This document shows, piece after piece, positions 28,646-41,390 of a DNA stretch of 64,000 nt (position 1 is the stretch's first letter; each line of letters begins with the position of its first letter). The DNA is from Candidatus Poribacteria bacterium. GTDB taxonomy: Bacteria; Poribacteria; WGA-4E; WGA-3G. Where the stretch lies: NCBI GenBank assembly GCA_965242965.1, contig OZ251518.1, positions 1,248,001 through 1,312,000 on the forward strand, written 5' to 3'. Made by a program: the position numbers and the translations under genes. A model generated the notes under the pieces. The model made no database searches and was not told the DNA's origin. It saw nothing but the letters and a program-made list of their open reading frames with translations.

Positions 28646-29992
28646 ATGAAACCCAATCTCATCTTTATCTTCGGAGACCAGCACCGGGGGTGCGATGTCG
28701 GCTGTGCAGGAAATGCTCAGGTGCAGACACCCGCCATGGATATGCTGGCGCGAGAGGGAACCTTTTTCCCGAACACCTTCACCAATGTCCCGCTGTGTGT
28801 GCCGGCGCGCGGATGCCTCATGACAGGCAAGCATCCGTTGAGCCACAAAGCTGTTTCCAACGATTTGCCGTTACCTTTAACCGAAACCGGCATCGCGGAA
28901 GTGTTCAGAGATGCTGGCTACGCGACCGGCTATATTGGGAAATGGCACCTCGGTGGTATGCCGCGGGACAAGTTCATCACGCCGCTGATGCGCTTCGGTT
29001 TTGACGATTGGCTCGGCTGGAATTGCCACCACAACTATTTCAACGCGCCTTATCACGATAGCTTCGGGAATAGGATGCAGATTGAAGGCTATGAACCCGA
29101 TTTTCAGACGGAGCGCGCCATTCAATACTGCCGTGAACACGCCGATGAGCCGTTCTGCCTCTATCTCAGTTGGGGGCCGCCGCATAACCCTTACGAACAT
29201 GTCCCGGAACGCTTCAAAGCGATGTATCCGCCGGAGGAAATCCAGCTGCGTCCGAACGCCGTAGACACGCCGCAGACGCGTGAGGACATCGCCGGTTATT
29301 ACGCGCACATCACAGCATTGGACGAAAATCTGGGACGTTTGATGGCATCGCTTGACGACATCGGCATCGCTGAAAACACCATCCTCGTCTATACGTCAGA
29401 CCACGGTGACATGCTCGGCAGCCAAGGGCACGTCCGAAAGGAACGGCCGTGGGACGAATCGATACGCATCCCTTTCATGATACGCTGGCCCGGCAAAATT
29501 CCGGCAGGCGTGACGCGTGAAACGCTGCTGAGTCTCGTTGATTTCATGCCGAGTCTGTTATCGCTGTGTGGACTTGACATTCCTGATAGGGTGGAAGGAG
29601 TAGATATTTCCGGTGCAATGCTCGGCAAACCAATTGATGAACCGCAGTCAGTTTTATTGGAAATTCCGTTGCACGGTAGCGAAGGCTTCAACGCCGGCAT
29701 CCGTGAGTGGCGCGGGGTTCGCACGCATCGCCACACCTACGCGCGCCATTACGATGGCACCGAGTGGCTGCTCTACGATAACCACGCTGATCCCTATCAG
29801 TTGAACAATCTCATTGATGATAAAAACTCACAGTCCCTCAAGGCGGAGTTAGAGGCGGAGCTCCAGCGATGGCTCGCGCGCATCAATGATGCCTGTCTTC
29901 CGGGCATTGAGCACATTCGGGAACTCGGGCTATCGGAATTGTGGAACATCAGCGAACAGCGGTTCGGCGGCAGAAACCCGCGGTGGGCATGA
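28646..29992 (+). CDS. Cys-type sulfatase
   Basis: KPNLIFIFGDQ, CVPAR, GKWHL, SDHG. Confidence 0.93.
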   Translation: MKPNLIFIFGDQHRGCDVGCAGNAQVQTPAMDMLAREGTFFPNTFTNVPLCVPARGCLMTGKHPLSHKAVSNDLPLPLTETGIAEVFRDAGYATGYIGKWHLGGMPRDKFITPLMRFGFDDWLGWNCHHNYFNAPYHDSFGNRMQIEGYEPDFQTERAIQYCREHADEPFCLYLSWGPPHNPYEHVPERFKAMYPPEEIQLRPNAVDTPQTREDIAGYYAHITALDENLGRLMASLDDIGIAENTILVYTSDHGDMLGSQGHVRKERPWDESIRIPFMIRWPGKIPAGVTRETLLSLVDFMPSLLSLCGLDIPDRVEGVDISGAMLGKPIDEPQSVLLEIPLHGSEGFNAGIREWRGVRTHRHTYARHYDGTEWLLYDNHADPYQLNNLIDDKNSQSLKAELEAELQRWLARINDACLPGIEHIRELGLSELWNISEQRFGGRNPRWA

Positions 29993-30001
29993 GAGGCGGA
30001 G

Positions 30002-31384
30002 ATGAGCAACAAAGTGCTAATTATCGGTTGGGATTGCGCCGCGCCCGAACTTGTCTTTGACGCATTCAGAGACGACATGCCCAACACACGCCGGTTAATG
30101 GAGGAAGGCATCTACGGAAACCTAGAAAGCACCATCCCGCCTATCACCGTCCCAGCATGGATGTGCATGATGACAGGCAGAGACCCGGGTGAACTCGGCA
30201 TCTACGGCTTTCGCAACCGAAAAGACTATTCCTACGATAACCTCTACATCGTTAATTCTCATGCTGTCACCGTGCCGACGTTGTGGGACATCGTCGGGAC
30301 TCACGGGAAAAAGTCTGTCGTCTTAGGCGTGCCGCTAACCTATCCGCCGAAGCCGTTTCCGGGGTGGATGGTGAGCAGTTTCCTCACGCCGAGTCTCAAT
30401 TCGCAGTGGTGCTTTCCGCCGCGGCTCAAACGCGAGATCGCGCAAGTTGCCAGCGATTACCTCATCGATGTCCCCAATTTCCGGACAGAACGACGCGCTG
30501 AATTAGAACGAGAGCTGTTTCAAATGACGGAGGCGCGTTTCAAACTCGCGCGACACTTACTTAAGACGAAAGCCTGGGAGTTATTCGTGATGGTGGAAAT
30601 GGGCGCAGACCGGCTCCACCACGCCTTCTGGCGATTTTGGGACGCATCGCACCGAAAGCACGAACCGGACTCCCCCTTTTCAGATATGATGCGCCGCTAT
30701 TATGCTACGCTTGATACCGAATTAGGCAGGCTGTTAGAACTTGTTGACGAAAACACCACCGTCCTCATCGTATCTGACCACGGTGCCAAGCGGATGGACG
30801 GCGGTATCTGTATCAACGAATGGCTGCAGCAACACGGATACCTGACGTTGAAAACGCGCCCGCGGGAAATCACGCCTTTTTCTCCCGATTTAGTAGATTG
30901 GCATCGCACACAGGCGTGGGGTGAAGGCGGCTATTACGGACGCATCTTCCTAAATGTGAAAGGCAGGGAGCCGCTCGGCACGATTCTCCCCCAAGATTAC
31001 GAGAAGGTCCGCGATGAATTGAAGGCACGGCTAGAAGCAATTGTTGATGAAACCGGTGGCAACATCGGCACGCGCGTCTTTAAACCGGAAGAAATTTACC
31101 GCGAATGCCGCAACATCGCGCCAGACCTGGGTGTCTATTTCGGCAATCTCTATTGGCGTTCAGTGGGTAGCATCGGCTACAACAGCATCTACACCTATGA
31201 AAATGACACTGGCCCGGACGATTGTAACCATGCACAGATGGGCATTTTCGTGCTGAAATCTCCGCGATGCCAGGATACCGGGCTCGTGTCGGCTAGGCAC
31301 TTATATGACGTTGCGCCGACAGTATTACAAGAATTCGGAATTGCGCGCCTGCCAGAAATGCGCGGGCAACCGATTTCTTCGTAG
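30002..31384 (+). CDS. Alkaline phosphatase superfamily nucleotide pyrophosphatase/phosphodiesterase
   Basis: IIGWDCA, LESTIPPITVPAW, DRLHH, SDHG. Confidence 0.88.
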   Translation: MSNKVLIIGWDCAAPELVFDAFRDDMPNTRRLMEEGIYGNLESTIPPITVPAWMCMMTGRDPGELGIYGFRNRKDYSYDNLYIVNSHAVTVPTLWDIVGTHGKKSVVLGVPLTYPPKPFPGWMVSSFLTPSLNSQWCFPPRLKREIAQVASDYLIDVPNFRTERRAELERELFQMTEARFKLARHLLKTKAWELFVMVEMGADRLHHAFWRFWDASHRKHEPDSPFSDMMRRYYATLDTELGRLLELVDENTTVLIVSDHGAKRMDGGICINEWLQQHGYLTLKTRPREITPFSPDLVDWHRTQAWGEGGYYGRIFLNVKGREPLGTILPQDYEKVRDELKARLEAIVDETGGNIGTRVFKPEEIYRECRNIAPDLGVYFGNLYWRSVGSIGYNSIYTYENDTGPDDCNHAQMGIFVLKSPRCQDTGLVSARHLYDVAPTVLQEFGIARLPEMRGQPISS

Positions 31385-31389
31385 TTAAG

Positions 31390-31780
31390 TGAGGGTGTTT
31401 CATAAATCCCCGCCGGTCTCGATTTTCCCGTAGCGCGGGGGCCTGTCCCCCGCGAGCGTTGGAGTGCGCGTGCACGCACGATGGCGAGGGCCTGTCCCTC
31501 GCCCTACGGTGAGGGATGGCGTTTTTTATCGTATTGCGGGGCCTGTCCCCCGCGAGATCCATCGTCACGATGTGTGTTTCCGCCGCTGTAGTTTGTGCTC
31601 GCCTGATCACAAACGGGTCAGGATCAGGCGATCCTGAACTACAGGGGGGATGCGGTCTGACAGCCAGACGCATGGCGAGGGACAGGTTTTCCCACCGCCC
31701 TACGTGATGGGTAGGCGTTTTTTTCACTGCAGCGCGTGGGCCCGGCACCGCGACGTTGCGCGATTTATGAAACACCCTCA
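31390..31780. mobile_element. MITE-like element with perfect 18-bp terminal inverted repeats
   Basis: tgagggtgtttcataaat (31390-31407) / atttatgaaacaccctca (31763-31780). Confidence 0.7.
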
Positions 31781-31799
31781 GATAAGTGCGCCCCTCGCG

Positions 31800-32222
31800 A
31801 ACGTAGGGCGAGGGCCTGTCCCTCGCCATGCCTCGGTTGTCCCAGAAAATGGCATCCTTGGATCGGCGACATGTTTCGCTTGGTTGAGCGATCGCGGGGG
31901 ACAGGCCCCCGCGCTACGGGCCAAGTTGCATCTCTGCTCGGGTCTGGATTTGAGATAAGGGCACCGCTCGCGAACGTAGGGCGAGGGCCTGTCCCTCGCC
32001 ATGCCTCGGTTGTCACAGAAAACGGCTTGAGTCTATCGGGCCTCGGGCATTTTTCGTTGGCTTGAGGATCGCGGGGGACAGGCCCCCGCGCTACGGTGCA
32101 TGTGAGGTTTGCGTTTCAACAGGCATCGCGGGGGAAACCCGCTCGGATGCGCGGATGGCATCCGAGGGCCCCCGCGCTACGGTGACGGTGAGGTTTGCTC
32201 GCGGGGGATAGGCCCTGGTGCT
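31800..32222. repeat. REP cluster
   Basis: Repeated REP doublets. Confidence 0.8.
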
Positions 32223-32226
32223 ACAA

Positions 32227-33144
32227 TCAGACAGATGACGTAACCGCTTTCACAATCGCCTCCGCAACCACTTCCGCCGCAAGAATACCTACCGTGTTGA
32301 CATCGCTTGGATGCGTGCCGATGGAGAGCGCGAAGAGCGTATCTCCATCAAACATTGTATGTGCCGGCCGAATGGCACGCGCGAGACCATCGTGCCCCAT
32401 CTCTGCCACTTTCGTCGCTTCCGCAGGCGAGAGGACAGCGTTTGTCGCAATCACGCCAATCGTGGTGTTTGTTCCCGCGAAAAGTTCTGCCCCCAATAAT
32501 CGTTCGGTAATATCCACGAATGCGCCGTTTTCCTTCGCGCCTGCCACAATCTCCCCGGTCTTCGGATGCACGACGTTACCGAGGGCATTCACCACTACAA
32601 TCGCACCGACAAGGAGCCCATCGGGAAGTTGCCGACACGCTGAACCGACACCACCGGGAGATGCCTCTACATTGGGTGCCTTGCCAACGGTGGCACCTGT
32701 GCCTGCACCGACAAGTCCCATCGGCACAGATTCGCCTGAGGCATTAAGGCAAGACTGATAACCCATTTGTTTGTCGGGACGCGCCTTCGCATCGCCTACC
32801 CCTAAATCGAAAATGACGGCGGCAGGGACGATTGGAACACGCACGGACCCGGCCGGAAAACCGACGTTTCGTTCCTCAAGATATTGGACAACACCGCCCG
32901 CGGCATCTAATCCAAAGGCACTGCCGCCGGTCAGCAAGACAGCGTGAACTTTTTGGACGAGGCGGCCAGGGCGAATCGCCTCCGTCTCTCGCGTACCAGG
33001 GGCGGCACCGCGCACGTCAACGCCTGCTGTCGCGCCTTCTTCGCAGAGGATGACGGTGCAACCTGTTCTGGCAGTGGGGTTGGTGGCGTGGCCGACTGTG
33101 ATGCCGTCGAGCGTGGTAAGGGTGTGATTCGTCGAAAATATCAT
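32227..33144 (-). CDS. P1/S58 (DmpA-like) peptidase
   Basis: VDVRGAAPGTRET, GGSAFGL, NTTIG, PAHTMFDGD. Confidence 0.92.
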   Translation of the reverse strand: MIFSTNHTLTTLDGITVGHATNPTARTGCTVILCEEGATAGVDVRGAAPGTRETEAIRPGRLVQKVHAVLLTGGSAFGLDAAGGVVQYLEERNVGFPAGSVRVPIVPAAVIFDLGVGDAKARPDKQMGYQSCLNASGESVPMGLVGAGTGATVGKAPNVEASPGGVGSACRQLPDGLLVGAIVVVNALGNVVHPKTGEIVAGAKENGAFVDITERLLGAELFAGTNTTIGVIATNAVLSPAEATKVAEMGHDGLARAIRPAHTMFDGDTLFALSIGTHPSDVNTVGILAAEVVAEAIVKAVTSSV

Positions 33145-33298
33145 GAGAATGGTGATATTGCATTGAGACGCGGGAGGTCTCTCCTACTGCGCCTTCTGGG
33201 TAGGAGGGACATCCTTGTCCCGATTACGGTATTATTGCATCGAGACCAGGAGGTCTCGTCTACAGGAAGATGTCAAGCCCGGGAGGACGCTCCTATAT

Positions 33299-35593
<2,295 letters not shown>

Positions 35594-35617
35594 GTTTTAT
35601 CCTTGTTCAATAGGTTT

Positions 35618-36478
35618 TCATTCGGATTCGGGAACGGGTAGGACGTGGCGTTCAACTTCGTGGACTTTGTCGGGGAAAGTCTCGCCGCGAATCCACATGA
35701 CAGGCTGTCCTCTACCCTTGCCCGATGCGGGATGTGCCCATTCCGCATGGGCACTGAGATAGTGTGAGACATAGCTGCGGCGAAACCGCAGGCTGTGGTT
35801 GTCCATGCTCTTATGCAGGAGGTGGCTGTGGAACCAGATGACTGCGCCGGGCTGCACTTCTACTGCAACCCCGTCTTCGTCGCGGACTCCGCGTGCCAGC
35901 TTGAACTCATTTTGTTGTGAACCGCCGATGTCATCGTGTTGAAAAATATCCCATTTGTGGCTGCCGGGAATAACATAGAGACAGCCGTTCTCCCTGTCTG
36001 CCGCGTCAATCGCAGTCCATGTCCCGACAGTCGTCTCTGTCTTAAACCGACTGCGGAAGTAGAACTTGTCTTGATGCCACGGGAAGCCGAGGCCAATCTT
36101 GGGTGCCTTCCAGATGAACAGATTGTTGATGCCGAGGATATCGGGACAGAGTAGATCTACGAGCGGGTCCGTTAACCTCGGGTCTCGCACCCGCGCAAGG
36201 AATTCTGGGCAGTAACAACTCGGATGATGAATCTTGTGCATCGCATAGATGCCTGACTCTGCCGCTTTCCCGTCTCTGACAAGTGCGTTCTGATCGATAT
36301 GCGCGGACGGAAACGGACGTTTGCCATCGACAATGGCTTCTGCGACTTGACGAAGTGCATCGTTTTCTGCAGCCGTGAATACATCCAAGCGAACGAGGTA
36401 ACCGTTCTCGTTCCACTGTGAAAGTTCGTCTGGGCTCAACGCAAACTGCCTGGTCTGCGGCGTTGATTTTGTGTGCAT
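35618..36478 (-). CDS. Phytanoyl-CoA dioxygenase (PhyH) family protein
   Basis: WHQD, ENGCLYVIPGSH, LLHKS..N. Confidence 0.92.
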   Translation of the reverse strand: MHTKSTPQTRQFALSPDELSQWNENGYLVRLDVFTAAENDALRQVAEAIVDGKRPFPSAHIDQNALVRDGKAAESGIYAMHKIHHPSCYCPEFLARVRDPRLTDPLVDLLCPDILGINNLFIWKAPKIGLGFPWHQDKFYFRSRFKTETTVGTWTAIDAADRENGCLYVIPGSHKWDIFQHDDIGGSQQNEFKLARGVRDEDGVAVEVQPGAVIWFHSHLLHKSMDNHSLRFRRSYVSHYLSAHAEWAHPASGKGRGQPVMWIRGETFPDKVHEVERHVLPVPESE

Positions 36479-36624
36479 TTTTGTCTCCTGGTCTCCTGAA
36501 TTTTTCCGGTAGGCACGGTGGTTTGCCTTAAAGGCTGTGTAATTCGTATTCTATACCAGATCAAGATTAATGTCAATTCTTTTTCGTCGTCTCGCGCCGT
36601 GTCCTTCGCAGCGAAATTCGTGCC

Positions 36625-37335
36625 TTATACCCTCCATGTCTCTGTATACGTTTTCACGCCGATCATCAAATATGCGATGACCTGGGAGACCAGGGGGATG
36701 AGGAACATGCCAATTCCCAAGTTGAACGCGATTCCTTGCAATGCGGGGGGAGTCGCCAAGGCGACAACCAGAATCACTAAGGGCAGCAGGGATACCCCGG
36801 CTACCGTGCGGAAAATCCATTTGCGTTTATCGGTAAATTTGGAGATGCCCCAGGCCAGAGCTGCCAACCCTAGGGACATCACAAACACTGATGCCACTAG
36901 TATTACTCCAATGATGTCCAGATTCTCATCGGGAATGTCTATCCACCGAGCATAGGGAATGAGACTGATTAGTCCCGGTCCCAGGGGGGCGAGGATTATG
37001 CCCATCACCAACGCGACAGTACCAAAACAGGCGGCGGTGTCGGCAACGATGGCACCGTTCAGCACGCGGTTCAAATACACCAACCCAACCAACAGCAGAA
37101 GCCACCCCAGAGCACTCCCCGGGACGGTTATGAGGGAAAAGGCCTCAAAAATGTCGTATAGGTTAGGCAACGTGAGGAGACTCCACCACAACCCCGAGCC
37201 TACTGTCCAGAGGATTCCTCCCACTAGAATGCATAGTCCGACGATTTTGTTCGCTGTAAGAGGGTTCATTTCTGGAGTGATTTTGGATTTCTCTTTTCGC
37301 TCCATCACCATCGCCTCTGCATGCTCTTTTTTCAT
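36625..37335 (-). CDS. Hypothetical multi-pass membrane protein
   Basis: About six TM segments; start at ATG 37335 after GGAG; upstream part of the ORF is repeat-derived. Confidence 0.7.
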   Translation of the reverse strand: MKKEHAEAMVMERKEKSKITPEMNPLTANKIVGLCILVGGILWTVGSGLWWSLLTLPNLYDIFEAFSLITVPGSALGWLLLLVGLVYLNRVLNGAIVADTAACFGTVALVMGIILAPLGPGLISLIPYARWIDIPDENLDIIGVILVASVFVMSLGLAALAWGISKFTDKRKWIFRTVAGVSLLPLVILVVALATPPALQGIAFNLGIGMFLIPLVSQVIAYLMIGVKTYTETWRV

Positions 37336-37354
37336 GAAAATTCTCCGTGTTAGA

Positions 37355-37646
37355 TGAGGGTGTTTCATAATTCTAGAAACCGTCCGGTTACCGTAGCGCG
37401 GGGGCCTGTCCCCCGCGAACGTCCCGGTAGGAGAGACTTCCCGGTCTTGATGCAACATTAAGGTCCTACGGACCTGGATAGGGTGCAGCACGTTTTTCTA
37501 TAGACATTTAGGTCCTACGGACCTAGAAGAGGTTTTTGATAGACCGCAGCATGGCGAGGGACAGGCCCTCGCCCTACGGTGAAAGGGGGACGTTTCTCCT
37601 ACCGTAGCGCGGGGGCCTGTCCCCCGCGCTCTCGCCCGCGCCCTAC
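37355..37646. repeat. REP cluster with MITE terminal repeat
   Basis: tgagggtgtttcataa followed by REP units. Confidence 0.75.
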
Positions 37647-38629
37647 GCGCCGTTTTGTGCCTGCGCGATATCCCGATACCGCCGCACTTCCACATCATCC
37701 GGCCTGCGTCGCAGCGTCTCCTCGTAATCCTGCAACGCGGCTCCATACCGTTGCATCGCGAAGTTTGCATGCGCGCGACCGAGGTATGCATCGACATCAT
37801 CCGAGTTTCGTGCGAGGGCTGCATCGTAATCGCGAACAGCAGCGGTGTAGTGCTGCAGGTGAAAGTGCGTCACGGCACGATTGAAATAGCCTTCACCGCG
37901 TTCGGGTTTCAGGCGGATAGCCGCGTCATAGTCCTGAAGCGCGGCGGTGTAGTCGCCGAGGGCATAGTAGAGGCTGCCCCGGTTGCAATGCGCCGCGGCG
38001 TAATCGGGTTTCAGGCGGATGGCGACATCGTAAGCGGCGATGGCGTTCTCGGCTTTTCCGATGTCCGTGAGGAGGGTGCCGAGGGAGAAAAAGGCATCGA
38101 TGGCGATTTCTTCTTCCGTGGGGACATGGATGTCCTTATTTTTTTCATCCAACCGTGCGATGGCTGCTTCTATCTCGGGGTCTTCCTCATGTTCCAATTC
38201 TAGGAGTTCCGGGAACAACTCTTCCATAGTTGGAACATTCTTTTCCTCATAGCGTATCATGAAACTTCCGACACATCCTTCTATAGGGGAAAAAGGATTG
38301 CCGAAATTGTCACCAACGGCCCACATGAGTTCCTCAATCATTGTAGAGAGTCGTTCGTATTCGTCCGCTGTCACTTCGGGATGGCGCAGACTGTTGTTCC
38401 GATTGGCGAGTTCGGTTAATAACTCTTGGATGCCGACGAGCCACGCGACGTAACTTTCCGCAGGTGCTACCTCTTCATCTGCGCGCTTCTTTTCCGGTAA
38501 GCACTCGCGTTCAAGCGGTGTCTGCGGTGCATGCCGCGGGATGAGCGGCTCTGGCAGACTCATGCGGATGGCCACAGGGAGCACCGGCACGGGGAATGCA
38601 GTGGGCATCGCTTGTGTAGGCGTTAACAT
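37643..38629 (-). CDS. HigA-like N-terminal segment fused to TPR repeats
   Basis: 'EYERLSTMIEELMWAVGDNFGNP...VGSFMIRYEEKN' resembles HigA N-domains; about four TPRs; AGGAGG RBS directly after the toxin gene. Confidence 0.65.
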   Translation of the reverse strand: MLTPTQAMPTAFPVPVLPVAIRMSLPEPLIPRHAPQTPLERECLPEKKRADEEVAPAESYVAWLVGIQELLTELANRNNSLRHPEVTADEYERLSTMIEELMWAVGDNFGNPFSPIEGCVGSFMIRYEEKNVPTMEELFPELLELEHEEDPEIEAAIARLDEKNKDIHVPTEEEIAIDAFFSLGTLLTDIGKAENAIAAYDVAIRLKPDYAAAHCNRGSLYYALGDYTAALQDYDAAIRLKPERGEGYFNRAVTHFHLQHYTAAVRDYDAALARNSDDVDAYLGRAHANFAMQRYGAALQDYEETLRRRPDDVEVRRYRDIAQAQNGA

Positions 38630-38635
38630 TGGGTT

Positions 38636-38977
38636 TTACCTCCTCCTTAACCACGCGGTATACTCGGCGTGCGTCAGCACGAGATGGATCCTCACCAACT
38701 GCAGTTCATATTGAATCTTTGCAATCAGGCGGGTTTTGTTACCGCCGATGTTGAAGACAGTGTAGTTGACTTCTTCCTTGACACGGCGGTTCTGGGGAGC
38801 AGAATAAACGAAATTTACTCTTTTCGCCAGATCGGCGTGTGGAAACACCTCGCGCACCTGATTCAGGGACCAGAAACTATTTTGCGTTACCAAATCACGC
38901 CAGCGATAAAGTCCCGGCTTGCTGTTTGGATGTCTTTGGGCAAAATTGTTGAGTTTTTCTAGAGAAATAATCTGCAT
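38636..38977 (-). CDS. higB: HigB (RelE-like) toxin
   Basis: MQIIS...FPHAD...TVFNIGGNKTRLIAKI.Y....I..VLTHAEY. Confidence 0.88.
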   Translation of the reverse strand: MQIISLEKLNNFAQRHPNSKPGLYRWRDLVTQNSFWSLNQVREVFPHADLAKRVNFVYSAPQNRRVKEEVNYTVFNIGGNKTRLIAKIQYELQLVRIHLVLTHAEYTAWLRRR

Positions 38978-39216
38978 CGGAAAACCAGTCCTATTCAAAA
39001 CGGCGCGCGACGGTTTAGCCGGCGATGCCCACTCTCGACACGACAGCAGGCACTTAACACCGGCACTTCAGTTAGGATACCACATCAAGAATTAATTTGC
39101 AAATGAAAAAATCACTTGACTTCAAACACACGGCATGACATAATAAAAATGACCTGGGATTTCCGCGACACGGTGTCTCGGAAACCACCATCAATAACAA
39201 AAGGAGATTTGTAAAA

Positions 39217-40032
39217 ATGAGAAAAAACTGGGCGATTCTGCCTATTTTCGCACTGATGACATTAGGTTTCAGCCTCCTCCCACTCCAAGGTTTCACCGAA
39301 ATCGACAGCGCAACCGCTGTCGCTGTCTGGCTCTTCGACGACGGCAATGTCAGCGACTCCAGCGGTAATGGGAATGACGGTGAACTTGTGAACGGTGCCG
39401 AAATTGCTGATGGCGGCAAGTGGGGAAAGGCTCTCAGCCTTGATGGCGATGATGACTACGTCAAAGTTGCCACTTCGGCTAGCCTCGACAGCGCGAACGA
39501 GGAATACACCGGCGTTGCTTGGGTGAAGATCCAACGTAAAGGCGATCCGCACGGTTCTTGCTGTGCCGATGACCACATGATTATCGCCTATGCCGCGGGC
39601 TGGAAGAATATTTTGAACGTCTTCGGCCCCGGCAGAAGCGGTAACCAAGGGAAGGTTGAAGTCGGCAGCGGCGGCCTCGCACCGAGTTGGCTCTTCGGCG
39701 ATGAAACCGTCAATGATGATACCTGGCACCATCTCGCCTTCACTTATGATGGCGCGAAGAAAATTGTCTACATTGATGGCGAAGTTGACAAGGAGCAGGA
39801 TACTACCGGCACCTTTGACGCACTCGGGCTGGAAGTTAACCTGGGCGGCACGCCTGACCAGAGATGGGCACTCGGGCTGATAGACGAAATCGGCATGTTT
39901 AATGTCCCACTGGAACAAGCCGATATCCAACTGCTGATGAACGATGGACTCGGCTCCGTGCTGGGACTAACGCCTGTCTCGCCGCAAGGACGGCTGACAA
40001 CGGCATGGGCGACGATTAAGCAGGCGCGGTAG
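39217..40032 (+). CDS. Exported LamG-like jellyroll protein
   Basis: Signal peptide; VWLFD, GKWGKAL, WHHLAFTYDG, IDE; tail PVSPQGRLTTAWATIK. Confidence 0.88.
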   Translation: MRKNWAILPIFALMTLGFSLLPLQGFTEIDSATAVAVWLFDDGNVSDSSGNGNDGELVNGAEIADGGKWGKALSLDGDDDYVKVATSASLDSANEEYTGVAWVKIQRKGDPHGSCCADDHMIIAYAAGWKNILNVFGPGRSGNQGKVEVGSGGLAPSWLFGDETVNDDTWHHLAFTYDGAKKIVYIDGEVDKEQDTTGTFDALGLEVNLGGTPDQRWALGLIDEIGMFNVPLEQADIQLLMNDGLGSVLGLTPVSPQGRLTTAWATIKQAR

Positions 40033-40244
40033 GTTACGTTTCGGGTTCGCGGGCGGAGGCGACTGGCTCCGCCCGTTTTCCTAACGGTGCATCGATACGC
40101 GGGTATTGCATCGAGACCAGGAGGTCTCTCCTACCTCCCCTCTCTGTAGTTTGCGATCGCCTAATCGCAAATAGAGGGGTGCATCGAGACCGGGAGGTCT
40201 CTCCTACGGTATTGCATCAAGACCGGGAGGTCTCTCCTACTGTA

Positions 40245-41390
40245 ATGAAATTTTTCATCAATTCCCTCACGTTACTCTTATGCATCTATGCGGGCATCGC
40301 GTTTGCATCGCCAGCGGCGCGGTTGTATGATGCCGGGCTGCGCGCGCTATCCCACGGCGAACAAGAAAAAGCCAAAATCGCGCTAGAAAACGCTGTCGCA
40401 CGGGATGTCTCGTTAGCGGACGCACACTGCGTGCTCGGATTAATTTATAGGGGCGCGGCGGAATTCCACGCCGTAGCCGAGGCGTTCCGATGCGCTATCA
40501 TCGCCGATGCCGACTACATCGAGGCATACTGCGAACTCGGCGATGTGCTGTTGATTCGGCTGGGACAAACCGATGGTGCCATTCGCGCGCTGCAGAAAGC
40601 GGTGGCATTAGATGAAGCGCATGCTCGCGCGCGAACGTTATTAGGCATCGCCTATTTTCGTGAAAACGAGACAGCCGCTGCGCTTCGCGAACTTCAGCGT
40701 GCAGTGCAATTGAACCCAACCTCACACACGGCGCACTACACGCTCGGGCTCGTGCATCTGCAAAAGGAGGCATGGGCATCGGCAATCGCCGTGTTCAAAC
40801 ACCTGCTTGAACTGGACCCGGGGCACGCCGAAGCGCATTTCAGTTTAGGGACAGCTTATCGGCGCATCGGCAAGATAGCGGCGGCGCAGGCGGCATTACA
40901 TCGCTTTGAAACGTTGTCCCTTGAAGCGGAACAACTCACGCATCTGAAGCGGTTCGCGCGCCAAGAACCTGCCAACGCGCAGGTGTGGTATCAACTCGGA
41001 CGGCTCCATCTCAAACGGCAGCAGTGGCATGAAGCGGCGCAGGCGTTGGAACGTTATGTCACCCTCGCGCCGGAGGAAACGCGCGGCTACGAAGCACTCG
41101 GTTTCCTCCATTTTCAACGGCAAAATTATCCGCAGGCGATGGCGATGTATCAGAACGTCATCCAGCGCAAACCGAACGTCGCCACCTATCGCAACGGCCT
41201 CGCCGGTGTCTACGTGATGCTGGAACGGTATCCTGAAGCGATTCAGCAATACCAGAACGCGATTCGTTTAAAGCCTTCCGAACCGCGGTTCTATCTGAAT
41301 CTTTCAAAAGCGTATCGCCTCGCCGGTGACGTTGCCGAGGCGGAGAAGGCCCAGGCAGAATATGAACGTCTCACGTCGCAATCTCAATAA
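40245..41390 (+). CDS. Exported TPR-repeat protein
   Basis: Signal peptide from ATG 40245; many TPRs. Confidence 0.85.
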   Translation: MKFFINSLTLLLCIYAGIAFASPAARLYDAGLRALSHGEQEKAKIALENAVARDVSLADAHCVLGLIYRGAAEFHAVAEAFRCAIIADADYIEAYCELGDVLLIRLGQTDGAIRALQKAVALDEAHARARTLLGIAYFRENETAAALRELQRAVQLNPTSHTAHYTLGLVHLQKEAWASAIAVFKHLLELDPGHAEAHFSLGTAYRRIGKIAAAQAALHRFETLSLEAEQLTHLKRFARQEPANAQVWYQLGRLHLKRQQWHEAAQALERYVTLAPEETRGYEALGFLHFQRQNYPQAMAMYQNVIQRKPNVATYRNGLAGVYVMLERYPEAIQQYQNAIRLKPSEPRFYLNLSKAYRLAGDVAEAEKAQAEYERLTSQSQ

